Positions 1 through 11,862 of a DNA stretch of 64,000 nucleotides are shown here, piece after piece (position 1 is the first letter of the stretch; each line of letters starts with the position of its first letter). The notes beneath the pieces are model-generated. The model worked only from the letters and a program-made list of their open reading frames with translations, made no database searches and was not told where the DNA came from. A program made the translations under genes and the position numbers. The stretch is from an uncultured delta proteobacterium. Lineage in GTDB: Bacteria > Myxococcota_A > Polyangia > Palsa-1104. The stretch covers positions 350,109 to 414,108 of the forward strand of contig CAWAWS010000006.1 of assembly GCA_963785725.1 (NCBI GenBank). Direction: 5' to 3'.

Positions 1-589
1 CCGCGCAGCCGCTCGTGATGGCCAAGCTGCAGCCGAGCGACAGATCTTGGTCGCAGGCGAGCCACGGGAAGAGCGGCGTCGGCGGCGGCAGCGGCGTCGG
101 CGACGGCACATAGGTCGTCGGCTTGTAGAGCGTGATCGTCGACGAGCCGAGCGGCACCAGCGCCGCCGGATCGATGCCCGTCGCCAGCTGCAGCCCGTTG
201 AACAGCGACAGCGTCACCTTCTCGCCGTTGCCGCCGCTGTCGAAGACGTGGACGAAGCCGGTCAAGGTCACGTTGTCGAGCGCGGCGGGCGCGCTCAGGT
301 CGGGGCCGCTGCTGCTCGTCGTCGTGGTCGTCGGCAGGCAGCTCAGGTTGGGCGCGGCTTGGCCGTTGGAAGCGCAAGAGCTGGTGATGCTGCTCGAGCA
401 GGCGGTGCGCGTGGTGACGGCGGTCGGCGCAAAGAAGCAGCCGATGTTGGCGAGGCCGGCGTCGAGGTTGGGCGTGCTCAAACCGCCGTCGACGTCGCTG
501 TCGGCGGACTTGCAGATCGGCCAGGTGTTCGCCGGATTCTTGCAGCCGGCGAACACCAGCAGCAGCGACAGCAGGTAGCCCGATTTCAT
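1..589 (-). CDS. Putative lipoprotein, Cys/Thr/Pro-rich (partial, runs off window start)
   Basis: Read manually: ATG at 589, MKSGYLLSLLLLVFAGC lipobox-type signal; frame open to position 1; TGcTATGGT -10-like hexamer 7 nt upstream. Confidence 0.75.
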   Translation of the reverse strand, partial: MKSGYLLSLLLVFAGCKNPANTWPICKSADSDVDGGLSTPNLDAGLANIGCFFAPTAVTTRTACSSSITSSCASNGQAAPNLSCLPTTTTTSSSGPDLSAPAALDNVTLTGFVHVFDSGGNGEKVTLSLFNGLQLATGIDPAALVPLGSSTITLYKPTTYVPSPTPLPPPTPLFPWLACDQDLSLGCSLAITSGCA

Positions 590-650
590 GGCGCGCACCA
601 TAGCACGATGAGACGCGGCAACCGTCCCGCTAGTTGCTCTCGGTTTTGCG

Positions 651-1568
651 CTACGTTTTGACGCGATCGCGGCCGGTCTTCTTGGCGCGATAGAGGGCTT
701 CGTCGGCCTTGCGCAAAAGGACGTCGGCGGCGGCGCCGTCGTCGGGGAACGCGGCGACGCCGATGCTGATGGTCGGCCGCACGACGACGCCGTCCTTCTC
801 GAAGCGGTGGCCCGATACGACCGAGCGGATGTTCTCGGCGACGCGCGTGGCGTGGCGCTTGGAATGACCCGGCAAATAGGCGGCGAACTCGTCGCCGCCG
901 AAGCGGCAGGCGGCGCCGTGCGGCGACACCACCTGGCCGATGAGCTTGCCGGCCTCCGCGATCGTGTGCGCGCCGACGGGATGGCCGTGCGTGTCGTTGA
1001 TGCGCTTCAACCCGTCGAGATCGAGCATCAGCACCGCGAGCACGTTCTTCGTCAGCCGCGCATCCTCGACGGCGCGCGCATAGGCCGCGTCGAAGCGCCG
1101 CTTGGCGATGAGGCCGGTCAGGTCATCGGTGCCGACGAGGACGTCCATCTGCGCGTGATAGCCGACCTCGAGCGCGTCCGAGAACGTGAACTTGACCACG
1201 CAGGCGCCGACGTAAATGCGATCGCCGGCCTCGAGCCGCTTCTGCCCGAGGACGCGCTTGCCATTGAGCAGCGTGCCGTTGGTCGAGCCCAAATCCTCGA
1301 CAAAAAACGCGTTCTTGTCCTTGTCGTAGACGACGCGGCAGTGGCGGCGCGAGATGCCTTCGTCCTGCAGCGTCAGCTCGACGCGCGGATCGCGCCCGAT
1401 CGTCACCGCCTTCTCCAGCATGACGTGCGTGCCGATTTCCGACTCCGAGCCCTGCAAGACGACCAGCGCCGCGTGCTTCAGCTGCGTGCGCGCGATCGAC
1501 TCGCGCACGTCGTCGACGTTGAGCTTCACCGTCTCGGGAGCCAGCGTTCGGCGACGGCGCGGCGGCAT
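651..1568 (-). CDS. FHA-domain diguanylate cyclase (FHA-GGDEF)
   Basis: FHA motifs TIGR, ISRRH, STNGT; DDLTGL, DLDGLKRINDTHGHPVG, RFGGDEF, ADEALYRAK. Confidence 0.93.
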   Translation of the reverse strand: MPPRRRRTLAPETVKLNVDDVRESIARTQLKHAALVVLQGSESEIGTHVMLEKAVTIGRDPRVELTLQDEGISRRHCRVVYDKDKNAFFVEDLGSTNGTLLNGKRVLGQKRLEAGDRIYVGACVVKFTFSDALEVGYHAQMDVLVGTDDLTGLIAKRRFDAAYARAVEDARLTKNVLAVLMLDLDGLKRINDTHGHPVGAHTIAEAGKLIGQVVSPHGAACRFGGDEFAAYLPGHSKRHATRVAENIRSVVSGHRFEKDGVVVRPTISIGVAAFPDDGAAADVLLRKADEALYRAKKTGRDRVKT

Positions 1569-1583
1569 TCGCCGTCTACGATA

Positions 1584-3551
1584 TCAGCTCTCGAGCTCCT
1601 CGCCCAGCCGCTCCCACTCGCTCATCCACGACTTGAGGCGCTGCTCGAGCAGCTCCTTCTCGGCCACGAGCGCGTTCAGCTTGTTCCAATCGCCGCCATG
1701 ATCGGCCGCCAATTTGTCGTTGAGCGCGCCAATCTCCGTCTCCGCCGTCGCGACCTTGTCTTCCAGCTCCTTGAGTCGCTTGCGCTTCTTCTCGGTCTCG
1801 CGCTGCCCGGCCTTCTGCCGCTCGCGCTCGGCGATGCGGTCGCCTTTGGCCTCGTCCTTGGCGTCGGGCTTGGCCTCGACGACGGCAGGCTTCGGCGCCG
1901 CTTTGGGCTCGCTCTTCGCCGCTTTCCCCCGCGTCTCGACGACGATCGGCTCCGCTTTTTTGTGCGTGCGCGCCTTCCACTCGCTGTAGTTGCCGACATG
2001 CTCCTCGGCGCGCCCGTCGTGGATGTGCACGATCTTCGTCACCACGCGATCGAGGAAGTAGCGGTCGTGCGACACGACGAGCACCGTGCCTTCGTACTCG
2101 GCCAGCGCCTCTTCGAGCACCTCGCGCGCCGGGATGTCGAGATGGTTCGTCGGCTCGTCGAGCGCCAGCAGATTGCGCGGCCGCAACATCATCTTCGCCA
2201 GCGTCAGCCGGTTGCGCTCGCCGCCGGACAGCCCTTTGACCTTCTTGAACGGATCGTCGCCGGTGAAGCGAAAGCGGCCCAAGAAGTTGCGCGCGATGTC
2301 CTCGGCGAAGTCGCCGCGCACGGTGCGGATCTCGTCGATGAGCGAGTTGTCGTCGCTGAGCTCGGATAATTTCTGGTCGAAGTAGCCGATGCGCACTTCG
2401 TGGCCGCGCAAGACGCTGCCGGCCAGCGGATCGATCTTGCCGAGCAACGTCTTGAGCAGCGTCGATTTGCCACAGCCGTTCGGCCCCACGAGCCCGATGC
2501 GATCGCCGCGATAAATGACGAGATTCACGTCTTTGACGAGCGCGGGTGCGCCGGCGTAACCGACGTCGAGGTGCTCGGTCTTGACCGCCTCTTTGCCGCC
2601 GGTGTGGTCGCCGACGGAGAAGCGCAGCCCGATGTTGCCCGCGGCCGCGAACTCGTCCTGCACGCGCCCCAGCCGATCGACCTTCTCCAGCTGTTTACGC
2701 CGCGATTGCGCCTGCTTCGTCTTGTTGCCGGCGATATTGCGGCGGATGAAGTCCTCGGTGCGCTCGATCGTCGCCTTTTGTCGTTCGTAAGCCGCGTTGA
2801 GCCGCTCGTGTCGCTCTTCGCGCTCGACGACGTACTTTTCGTAGCCGCCGCGAAAGACGATCGCCTTGCCGGCCTCGAGCTCGACGATGTCGCGACAGAC
2901 CGCGCGCAAGAAATAGCGATCGTGCGACACGAGCACGAAGGCCTTGGGCCACTCGCGCAGCCGCTCTTCGAGGTGCTCGGTCGCTTCGACGTCGAGATGG
3001 TTCGTCGGCTCGTCGAGCAGCAGCAGATCGGGCTCTTCGAGCAGCGTCTTGGCCAGCTCGAGGCGACCGCGCTCGCCGCCCGACAGCGTCTCGACGTTGC
3101 GCTCGAGATCGCCGTCGGAGAAGCCGAGATCGTGCGCCAGCGCTTTGACGCGACTTTCGAGCGAGTAGCCGCCCTCCGCCGCGTAGCGCTCTTGCAGCTC
3201 GCCGTAGCGCTGCAGCGCCTTGTCGTCGACGAGGTTGCGCTCGAGCGTCAAGAGCTCGTCGTGGATCGCGAGCAGCTTCTCGAACGGCTTGAGCAGCGCG
3301 TCGAAGATGCGGCCGGCGCCGGCGAACTCCTGCGACTGCTTGAGGTAGGCGAGGCTGAGGCCGCGGGCGCGGGCGATGGTGCCCGAATCGAGCGTCAGGC
3401 GGCCGTCGAGCACGCGCAGCAGCGTCGACTTGCCGCAGCCGTTGGGGCCGACGAGACCGATGCGATCGCCCGGGTTCACCTGCCAGGTGAGTCCGTCGAA
3501 GAGCTCGGTGCCCGGATAACCGAAGTGCGCGTCGGAGAGCTGGACCAGCAC
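1584..3551 (-). CDS. ABC-F family ATPase (two ABC domains, C-terminal coiled coil)
   Basis: Two GPNGCGKS Walker A, two LSGGE signatures, two LDEPTNHLD; no TM segments. Confidence 0.95.
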   Translation of the reverse strand: MLVQLSDAHFGYPGTELFDGLTWQVNPGDRIGLVGPNGCGKSTLLRVLDGRLTLDSGTIARARGLSLAYLKQSQEFAGAGRIFDALLKPFEKLLAIHDELLTLERNLVDDKALQRYGELQERYAAEGGYSLESRVKALAHDLGFSDGDLERNVETLSGGERGRLELAKTLLEEPDLLLLDEPTNHLDVEATEHLEERLREWPKAFVLVSHDRYFLRAVCRDIVELEAGKAIVFRGGYEKYVVEREERHERLNAAYERQKATIERTEDFIRRNIAGNKTKQAQSRRKQLEKVDRLGRVQDEFAAAGNIGLRFSVGDHTGGKEAVKTEHLDVGYAGAPALVKDVNLVIYRGDRIGLVGPNGCGKSTLLKTLLGKIDPLAGSVLRGHEVRIGYFDQKLSELSDDNSLIDEIRTVRGDFAEDIARNFLGRFRFTGDDPFKKVKGLSGGERNRLTLAKMMLRPRNLLALDEPTNHLDIPAREVLEEALAEYEGTVLVVSHDRYFLDRVVTKIVHIHDGRAEEHVGNYSEWKARTHKKAEPIVVETRGKAAKSEPKAAPKPAVVEAKPDAKDEAKGDRIAERERQKAGQRETEKKRKRLKELEDKVATAETEIGALNDKLAADHGGDWNKLNALVAEKELLEQRLKSWMSEWERLGEELES

Positions 3552-3711
3552 GCGCCGCTTCTAGCACACCTCATGGGTCCGCGGCAGGGCGGCACGCACG
3601 CTTGGGCGTCAGCGCGCTCACGCGTTGGCGCTGGTATCTCGCCGCCAGGTGGCCGTGAGCCAGCCGACACAATTGCATCTCGCCGCAACGCATCGGATGA
3701 TAGAGGGACGA

Positions 3712-4311
3712 ATGGACGCGCCGATCACCCAAATCTACATGCCGCCACGCGCGGCCGTCCTGCGGCTCGTCGACGCTGGGCTCGTGCGCGGGCTCGATTC
3801 CGCGCGCCTCGATGCCCTGCGCGCCGAGTGTTGGGACGACGATGAAGAGCAGATGGAAGAGGCGGGCGTCCTCGGGATTTTGACGTCGTTTTACGCCGAC
3901 CGTGAACGCGGCGTGCGCGACGGTTTCCTGTGGCACGACGATCGTTTCTGGCAGGAGACGGACGACGTCGTGGGCGAGCTCGCGCGCATGCTGCATGACG
4001 ATCGCCCCCTCTTTCGTCAGCTGGCGGCGATGGCCAAGGTGTCGACGGCGCGCCGCTTCCGCGAGAACGTGCAGGCGCTCGAGCTCGAGCGCGACGACGG
4101 CGTGCGCAAAGACGTCGAGGCGCGCGGCCTCGACGACGTCGTCGCCTGCTTCAACGAGGAGCTGCGCTCGCGCGGCCGGCCCAAGCGCATCGTGCCGCTC
4201 GAGACGTCGGGCGAGTGGAAGATGTACGTCGCCGGCGAGCTCCGACTCTTGCGCAAGCTGGCCGCCGAAGGCGCTCTGCCGGTCGCCACACTCGACGTCC
4301 TAAGTGACTGA
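3712..4311 (+). CDS. Hypothetical protein
   Basis: Normal-composition ORF filling the gap between ABC-F and aminotransferase; no motif recognised. Confidence 0.7.
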   Translation: MDAPITQIYMPPRAAVLRLVDAGLVRGLDSARLDALRAECWDDDEEQMEEAGVLGILTSFYADRERGVRDGFLWHDDRFWQETDDVVGELARMLHDDRPLFRQLAAMAKVSTARRFRENVQALELERDDGVRKDVEARGLDDVVACFNEELRSRGRPKRIVPLETSGEWKMYVAGELRLLRKLAAEGALPVATLDVLSD

Positions 4312-4366
4312 GGGCGACTGAATTTCGCCATTTGACCGACGGCAGCGCCTGCCGTACTGATTAACG

Positions 4367-5521
4367 ATGCTCAAACAGTATTTGCTGACGCCGGGACCGA
4401 CGCCGGTGCCCGAGCGCGTGATGCTGGCGATGGCGCGCCCGATGGTGCACCACCGCATGCCGGCCTTCATCGCCACGTTCAACGAGGCCGCGGCCGGGCT
4501 GAAGTGGATCTTTCAGACGTCGCAGCCGGTCTTGATGCTGACGGGCTCGGGCACGCTGGCGATGGAAGCGTCGATCGTCAACACGATGAAGCGCGGCGAC
4601 AAGGCGTTGTGCGTCGTCGGCGGCAAGTTCGGCGAGCGCTGGCGCAACATCTGTAAGGCGTACGGCATCGAGAGCGTCAACCTCGACGTGCCGTGGGGTC
4701 AGGCCGTCGACCCGCAGCAGGTCAAAGAGGCGCTCGACCAGGACGACAAGATCACCGCCGTCTTCAGCCAGGCCAACGAGTCCTCGACCGGCGTGCGCCA
4801 TCCCGTCGAGGAGATCGCCAAGATCACGGCCAGCCGCGACGGCGTCATCAACGTCGTCGATGCCGTCAGCGCGCTCGGCGCGTTCGATCTGCCGATGGAC
4901 AAGGCCGGCTTCGACGTGCTGCTGACCGGCTCGCAAAAAGCGCTCATGTTGCCGCCCGGCCAAGCCTATATCGCGCTCTCGGACAAGGCGTGGGCGCGCG
5001 CCGAGAAGGCCGATTTGCCGCGCTTCTACAGCGATTTGCGCCGCGAAAAGAAGGGGCAGACGAGCGGCGACAGCGCCTGGACGCCGGCCATCTCGCTGAC
5101 GATCGGCCTCGTCGAAGCGCTGCGCATCATCAAAGAAGAAGGGCTGGCCGAGTGCTTCGCGCGCCACGCCAAGCTGGCCGAAGCGACGCGCGCCGCTTGC
5201 GTGGCGCTCGGCTGCACGCTGTTCGCGCCGACGGCGCCGTCGCCGACCGTGACCGCCGTCGTCGCACCGGGCGGGCTCGACACCGACAAGCTCGTCAAGC
5301 AGCTGCGCGACCGATACGGCGTCTCGCTCACCGGCGGCCAGGACGCGGTCAAGGGCAAGATCTTCCGCGTCGCCCACCTCGGCTGGTTCGGCACCTTCGA
5401 CATCCTGACCTCGGTGTCGGCGCTGGAGATGGCGATGGCAGATCTCGGGGTCAAGGTGGAGCAGGGTCGCGGCGTCGCCGCCGCGCAGCAGATCCTCCAG
5501 GTCGGCCCGGTCGTAAGATAG
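4367..5521 (+). CDS. Class V PLP aminotransferase (alanine-glyoxylate/serine-pyruvate family)
   Basis: LLTPGPTP, GSGTLAME, NESSTGV, VDAVS, TGSQKAL (PLP lysine), FRVAHLG. Confidence 0.95.
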   Translation: MLKQYLLTPGPTPVPERVMLAMARPMVHHRMPAFIATFNEAAAGLKWIFQTSQPVLMLTGSGTLAMEASIVNTMKRGDKALCVVGGKFGERWRNICKAYGIESVNLDVPWGQAVDPQQVKEALDQDDKITAVFSQANESSTGVRHPVEEIAKITASRDGVINVVDAVSALGAFDLPMDKAGFDVLLTGSQKALMLPPGQAYIALSDKAWARAEKADLPRFYSDLRREKKGQTSGDSAWTPAISLTIGLVEALRIIKEEGLAECFARHAKLAEATRAACVALGCTLFAPTAPSPTVTAVVAPGGLDTDKLVKQLRDRYGVSLTGGQDAVKGKIFRVAHLGWFGTFDILTSVSALEMAMADLGVKVEQGRGVAAAQQILQVGPVVR

Positions 5522-5674
5522 GGTGTGCGCTCGGTAACTCGTTTGACCCCGCCAAAACTGCGTCCGAGGCGAATTACTTATGGACCAATTCGCCTCGTGA
5601 AGTACATTGACAGGCTAGAGTGTAAGCGCGATTCCTGATCGCGAAGCCTTAGGTCATTGTCATGTGGGCGACAA

Positions 5675-7326
<1,652 letters not shown>

Positions 7327-7330
<4 letters not shown>

Positions 7331-8100
7331 GACTGACCCTGCTCTTGGCCGTGCTGCTCGGCTCCACTCCGGCGTTCGCTGCCGGCACCGAAGCCGACGT
7401 GGCCGAAGCCAAGGTGCACTACGACCGCGGCATGACGCACTATCACCTCGGCGAATTCCCCGCTGCAGTCGACGAATTCAAGAGCGCCTACGGGCTGTCG
7501 CAAGCGCCGGGCCTGCTCTTCAACTTGGGCCAAGCCAGCCGTCTCGGTCATCAGTACGAGCAGGCGCTCTATTTCTACCGCACGTATCTACGGCTCATGC
7601 CTGACGCCAGCAATCGCACCGACGTCGAGCAGCGCATTACCGAGCTGCAGCCGCTGGCCGAGCAAGAGCGCGCGCGGGTCGAGGCGAGCAAGCGGCCGGT
7701 GGCGCCGCCCGCCGCCGTCGTGGAGTCGTCGACGCTGACGACGAGCCCGCGACAGCCGGGACCGAGCGGACGGCCGCTGCGTTTGACCGGCATCGCCTTG
7801 GGCGCCATCGGCATCGGCGTGCTCGGCGCCGGCGCGGGGCTGGGCGGCGCGGCGCTGTCGGCGCAATCGCAGCTGTCGAAGCTGGCGCGCGACATGGGCA
7901 CGTGGTCGCCGTCGCAGTCGGACATTTACCATCGCGGCAAAGCCGAAGCGGCCTCGGCCACGGCGCTGTATGCCGTCGGTGGCGCGGCGTTGGCGACCGG
8001 CGTCGTCCTCTATCTCGTCGGCCGCCACCGCGATCGCACGCGCTTTGCGATCGCGCCCGGCCCCGGCGGCGCACAGGCAGTCTTTTGGCACGACTTCTAA
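7327..8100 (+). CDS. Exported TPR protein with C-terminal hydrophobic Gly/Ala hairpin
   Basis: Signal peptide; AKVHYDRG..AVDEFKSAY..LLFNLGQ..ALYFYRTYL TPR pattern; ATGA overlap with kinase. Confidence 0.85.
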
Positions 8101-9230
8101 AGTTTCCGTTGGCGCTGCTGCTGGCGCTGACGACCACCGGCTGTCGCTTCGCGCCCAACTTGGGCGACGGCGAGATCGCCTGTGGCGCCAACGGCTCGTG
8201 CCCGCCCGGCCAGGCTTGCGGCGGCGATCAGCGCTGCCACATCACGACCGTCGCCGACGCGTCCGTCGCCTGCATCGCCATCGACTGCAGCGCCGCCGGC
8301 CACGTCTGTGGCTCGCTCGACGACGGCTGCGGCCACACCTTGAATTGCGGCAGCTGCAGCGCGCCCGAGACCTGCGGCGGCGGCGGCACACCCGGCCAAT
8401 GCGGCTGCACGCCCAGCTCCTGCAGCGCGCTCGGCAAGAACTGCGGCGCCGTCGCCGACGGCTGCGGCGCCATGGTCAGCTGCGGCACCTGCGCGCCGCC
8501 GAACGTCTGTGGCGGCGGCGGTCCGGCCAACGTCTGCGGCTGCACGCCCACGACCTGCCAAGCCCAAGGCAAGAACTGCGGCACCATGCCCGACGGCTGC
8601 GGCAGCATGCTCGACTGCGCGGCGGCGAGCGGCGGCTGTCCGACCGGCCAGACGTGCGGCGGCGCCGGCGTCCCCAACGTCTGCGGCGCCGGCATGTGCA
8701 TGCCGACGAGCTGCGCGGCGCTCAAGGACAACTGCGGCGACGTCTCCGACGGCTGCTCGCAGACGCTGTCGTGCGGCAGCTGCACGACGCCCGACACCTG
8801 CGGCGGCGGCGGCACCGCCAACATCTGCGGCTGCACGCCGACGACGTGCTCGGCGCTGGCGAAGAGCTGCGGCATGGTCCCCGACGGCTGCGGCGGCACG
8901 TTGAAGTGCGGCAACTGCGGCTGGCCCAACAGCTGCGGCGGTGGCGGCACGGCCAACACGTGCGGCTGCACGCCCAACACCTGCGCCGACGCCAGCACCA
9001 ACTGCGGTCGCATGCCCGACGGCTGCAACGGCGCCGTCAAGTGCGGCGTCATGAAGTGCCCGAACAACGGCGTCTGCATCGCCAACGTCTGCCAGCCGAG
9101 CGGCACCTGCACGCCGAAGACCGCCTGCGCCACCGGTCAATGCGGCGTGGTGTCGGACGGCTGCTCCGATGTGCTGAACTGTGGCAAATGCACGGGCAGC
9201 ATGAAGTGCGTGAATAACGTTTGCCAGTAG
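8085..9230 (+). CDS. Cys-rich repeat lipoprotein (seven ~45-aa CTPxxC..CG..DGC..C repeats)
   Basis: TTG start overlapping TPR gene end; LALTTTGC lipobox-like; repeats visible in translation. Confidence 0.85.
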   Translation: MARLLKFPLALLLALTTTGCRFAPNLGDGEIACGANGSCPPGQACGGDQRCHITTVADASVACIAIDCSAAGHVCGSLDDGCGHTLNCGSCSAPETCGGGGTPGQCGCTPSSCSALGKNCGAVADGCGAMVSCGTCAPPNVCGGGGPANVCGCTPTTCQAQGKNCGTMPDGCGSMLDCAAASGGCPTGQTCGGAGVPNVCGAGMCMPTSCAALKDNCGDVSDGCSQTLSCGSCTTPDTCGGGGTANICGCTPTTCSALAKSCGMVPDGCGGTLKCGNCGWPNSCGGGGTANTCGCTPNTCADASTNCGRMPDGCNGAVKCGVMKCPNNGVCIANVCQPSGTCTPKTACATGQCGVVSDGCSDVLNCGKCTGSMKCVNNVCQ

Positions 9231-9257
9231 CCTTGCCGTTTGCCTATTGTGCGCGGC

Positions 9258-10454
9258 ATGTCGGTTCGGCTGCCGCCGGGTGTACGCGACTACCTCCCGG
9301 TAGCGGCGTCTCGGCGTCGCGGCTTGGCGGCGGCAGCGACGGCGGAGCTGGAGCGCTGGGGCTATCGCGGCATCATCACGCCGCTCTATGAGTACGACGA
9401 CGTGCTGGCGCGCGGCATGGGCCAGAAGGTCCACGCCATGCGCTTCGTCGAGCCGGCGACGGGCGAAGTCGTCGCGCTGCGGCCCGATCTGACGCCGCAG
9501 GTCGCGCGCCTCGTGGCGACGCGCATGCACGACGAGCCCGGACCCTTGCGGCTCTATTATCAAGGCTCGGTCGTGCGGCTCGATGTGGCGCGGCGTGAGA
9601 TCTTCCAGGTCGGCGTCGAGCTCGTCGACGCGCCGCAGCCCGGCGGCGACTTGGAGGTCGTGGCGCTGGCCGAAGCGGCGCTCGACTCCGTCGGTGTGCG
9701 CGAGCGCGTCGTCGATCTCGGTCACGCCGCCATCGTGCGCGCGGCGCTGCATGGGCTCGATTTGGACGACGGGGCTCGCGCCACCTTGCACGAAGCCTTG
9801 GCGCGCAAAGACGGCGCCACCGTCGCCAAGCTGGCGCAGACGACGAGCTTGTCCGACAGCCGCAAGCGCCTCTTGGCCGCGCTGCCGTCGCTGTACGGCA
9901 GCGTCGAGGTGCTCGATCGCGCTCGCGTGCTCGTCGGTGACGATGCCGTCGCGCAGGCCGCGCTCGACGAGCTCGGCGGCCTGTGCCGGCGTCTCGGCGA
10001 GCTCGGTCCGAGCGAGCGCCTGGCCATCGATCTCGGCGAAGTGCGTGGTTTCGACTATTATACCGGCACGCGCTTCGCCATCTTCGCGGACGGCATCGGC
10101 GACGCGCTCGTGTCCGGCGGTCGTTACGATCGACTCATCGAGCGCTACGGCCGCCCGGCGCGCGCCGTCGGCTTCGCGCTCGACGTCGATCTCGTGGCCG
10201 ACCTCTTGAAGGCGCGCGGCGTGCCGGCGCCGCGGCAGTCGGGCGGCGTGCTGGTGGCCGGCGATGCCGTCGCTGCCGCCAAACTTTCGGCGACGTTGCG
10301 CGCACGCGGTGAGCGCGCCGTTCTCGAGCTGGACGAGCCGGTGCCGGCCGACCCCGAGCTGCGCCGGCGCGCGCAGCGCAGAGCTTTGGATCGCGTCGCC
10401 GTCGCTGTCGGCGAACAAATTCGGTGGCTCGACGAATCGGGCCCACTAGGCTAG
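9258..10454 (+). CDS. hisZ: ATP phosphoribosyltransferase regulatory subunit
   Basis: LPPGVRD, LRPDLTPQVAR, REIFQVGVEL, DYYTG, GGRYD (HisRS paralogue); directly upstream of purA. Confidence 0.9.
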   Translation: MSVRLPPGVRDYLPVAASRRRGLAAAATAELERWGYRGIITPLYEYDDVLARGMGQKVHAMRFVEPATGEVVALRPDLTPQVARLVATRMHDEPGPLRLYYQGSVVRLDVARREIFQVGVELVDAPQPGGDLEVVALAEAALDSVGVRERVVDLGHAAIVRAALHGLDLDDGARATLHEALARKDGATVAKLAQTTSLSDSRKRLLAALPSLYGSVEVLDRARVLVGDDAVAQAALDELGGLCRRLGELGPSERLAIDLGEVRGFDYYTGTRFAIFADGIGDALVSGGRYDRLIERYGRPARAVGFALDVDLVADLLKARGVPAPRQSGGVLVAGDAVAAAKLSATLRARGERAVLELDEPVPADPELRRRAQRRALDRVAVAVGEQIRWLDESGPLG

Positions 10455-10466
10455 GGTTACGGCCGC

Positions 10467-11753
10467 ATGGCGAACGTAGTGATCGTCGGCGCCCAATGGG
10501 GCGACGAAGGAAAAGGAAAAGTCGTCGATCTCTACACAGAGTTCGCCGACGTCGTGTTCCGTTACGGCGGCGGCCCCAACGCCGGCCACACGCTGGTCGT
10601 CGACGGGCAGAAGCTGGTGACGCGCTTGATTCCTTCGGGCGTCTTGCGCGGTCGCGGCAAGAAATGCGTGCTCGGCGACGGCATGGTCGTCGATCCGAAG
10701 GTGCTGATCGACGAGATCGACGAGTGCAAAGCGCGCGGGCTCCTCGCCGAGGACAAAGATCTCATCATCGGCAAGCACGCCCACGTGATCCTGCCGATCC
10801 ATCGCGAGATCGATCGCGTGCGCGAATCGGGCAAGAGCCCCATCGGCACGACGAAGCGCGGCATCGGCCCGGCTTACGAAGCGAAGATGGCGCGCCGTGG
10901 CGTGCGCATGAGCGATCTCATCGACGAGAAGCGCTTCCGCGCCATTTACGAGCAGAACCTCGAGGAAGTCGGCGATTGGCTGTTGTCGCGCGGTGGGCAG
11001 ATCGCGCCCATCGACGAGGTCGTCGCGGAATACATGCGCTACGCCGATCGACTGCGCAGCTACGTCGGCGATGCGTCGCGCCTCGTGCACGACGAGATCA
11101 AGCGCGGCCGCCACGTCCTCTTCGAAGGCGCGCAGGGCGCTTTGCTCGACGTCGATCACGGGACGTATCCGTACGTGACGTCCTCGTCGACGATCGCCGC
11201 CGGCGCCTGCACGTCGGCCGGCATCGGTCCGACGACGATTACGGCTGTGATCGGCATCGCCAAAGCCTATACGACGAGGGTCGGCGGCGGCCCGTTCCCG
11301 ACCGAATTGACCGACGCGCTCGGCGACAAGCTGCGCGAAGCGGGCGGCGAGTACGGCACGGTCACCGGTCGTCCGCGTCGCTGCGGCTGGCTCGACGTGG
11401 CCGCGCTCCGGCTCGCCGTGCGCTGGAACGGCCTGTCGGGCATCGCGCTGACGAAGCTCGACGTCCTGCGCGGCCTCGGTCGCGTGCGCATTTGCGTCGG
11501 CTACACCGTCGGCGGCGAGAGCCGCGACGAGCTGCCGACCGATCCGGGCGAGATCGACCGCGCCGAGCCGATTTACGAAGAGCTCGACGGTTGGGACGCC
11601 GACACGCGGGATGTGCGCGATTTCGCCGAGCTCCCTCCGGCGGCGCAGAAGTACGTGCGGCGCATCGAGGCCCTGGTTGGTGTCGACTGCACGCTGATTT
11701 CGGTGGGACCGGGGCGGGCTGAAACGATCGTCATACGAAACCCGTTCCGGTAG
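10467..11753 (+). CDS. purA: Adenylosuccinate synthetase
   Basis: GAQWGDEGKGK, NAGHT, EGAQGALLDVDHGTYPYVTSS, GTVTGRPRRCGWLD, TKLDVL. Confidence 0.98.
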   Translation: MANVVIVGAQWGDEGKGKVVDLYTEFADVVFRYGGGPNAGHTLVVDGQKLVTRLIPSGVLRGRGKKCVLGDGMVVDPKVLIDEIDECKARGLLAEDKDLIIGKHAHVILPIHREIDRVRESGKSPIGTTKRGIGPAYEAKMARRGVRMSDLIDEKRFRAIYEQNLEEVGDWLLSRGGQIAPIDEVVAEYMRYADRLRSYVGDASRLVHDEIKRGRHVLFEGAQGALLDVDHGTYPYVTSSSTIAAGACTSAGIGPTTITAVIGIAKAYTTRVGGGPFPTELTDALGDKLREAGGEYGTVTGRPRRCGWLDVAALRLAVRWNGLSGIALTKLDVLRGLGRVRICVGYTVGGESRDELPTDPGEIDRAEPIYEELDGWDADTRDVRDFAELPPAAQKYVRRIEALVGVDCTLISVGPGRAETIVIRNPFR

Positions 11754-11807
11754 TGTGCCAAGGTTCTGGGGGCAGGGGTGTCGAACTGTTTAAGGCGGGT
11801 CAATCAC

Positions 11808-11836
11808 TTGCGAATTGCACTCGCCACGCCTACAAT
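11808..11836 (+). promoter_or_regulatory. Sigma70-type promoter
   Basis: TTGCGA-17 nt-TACAAT upstream of ATG 11863. Confidence 0.6.
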
Positions 11837-11862
11837 GCTATGTCCATCGTACAAGGGGCCCC

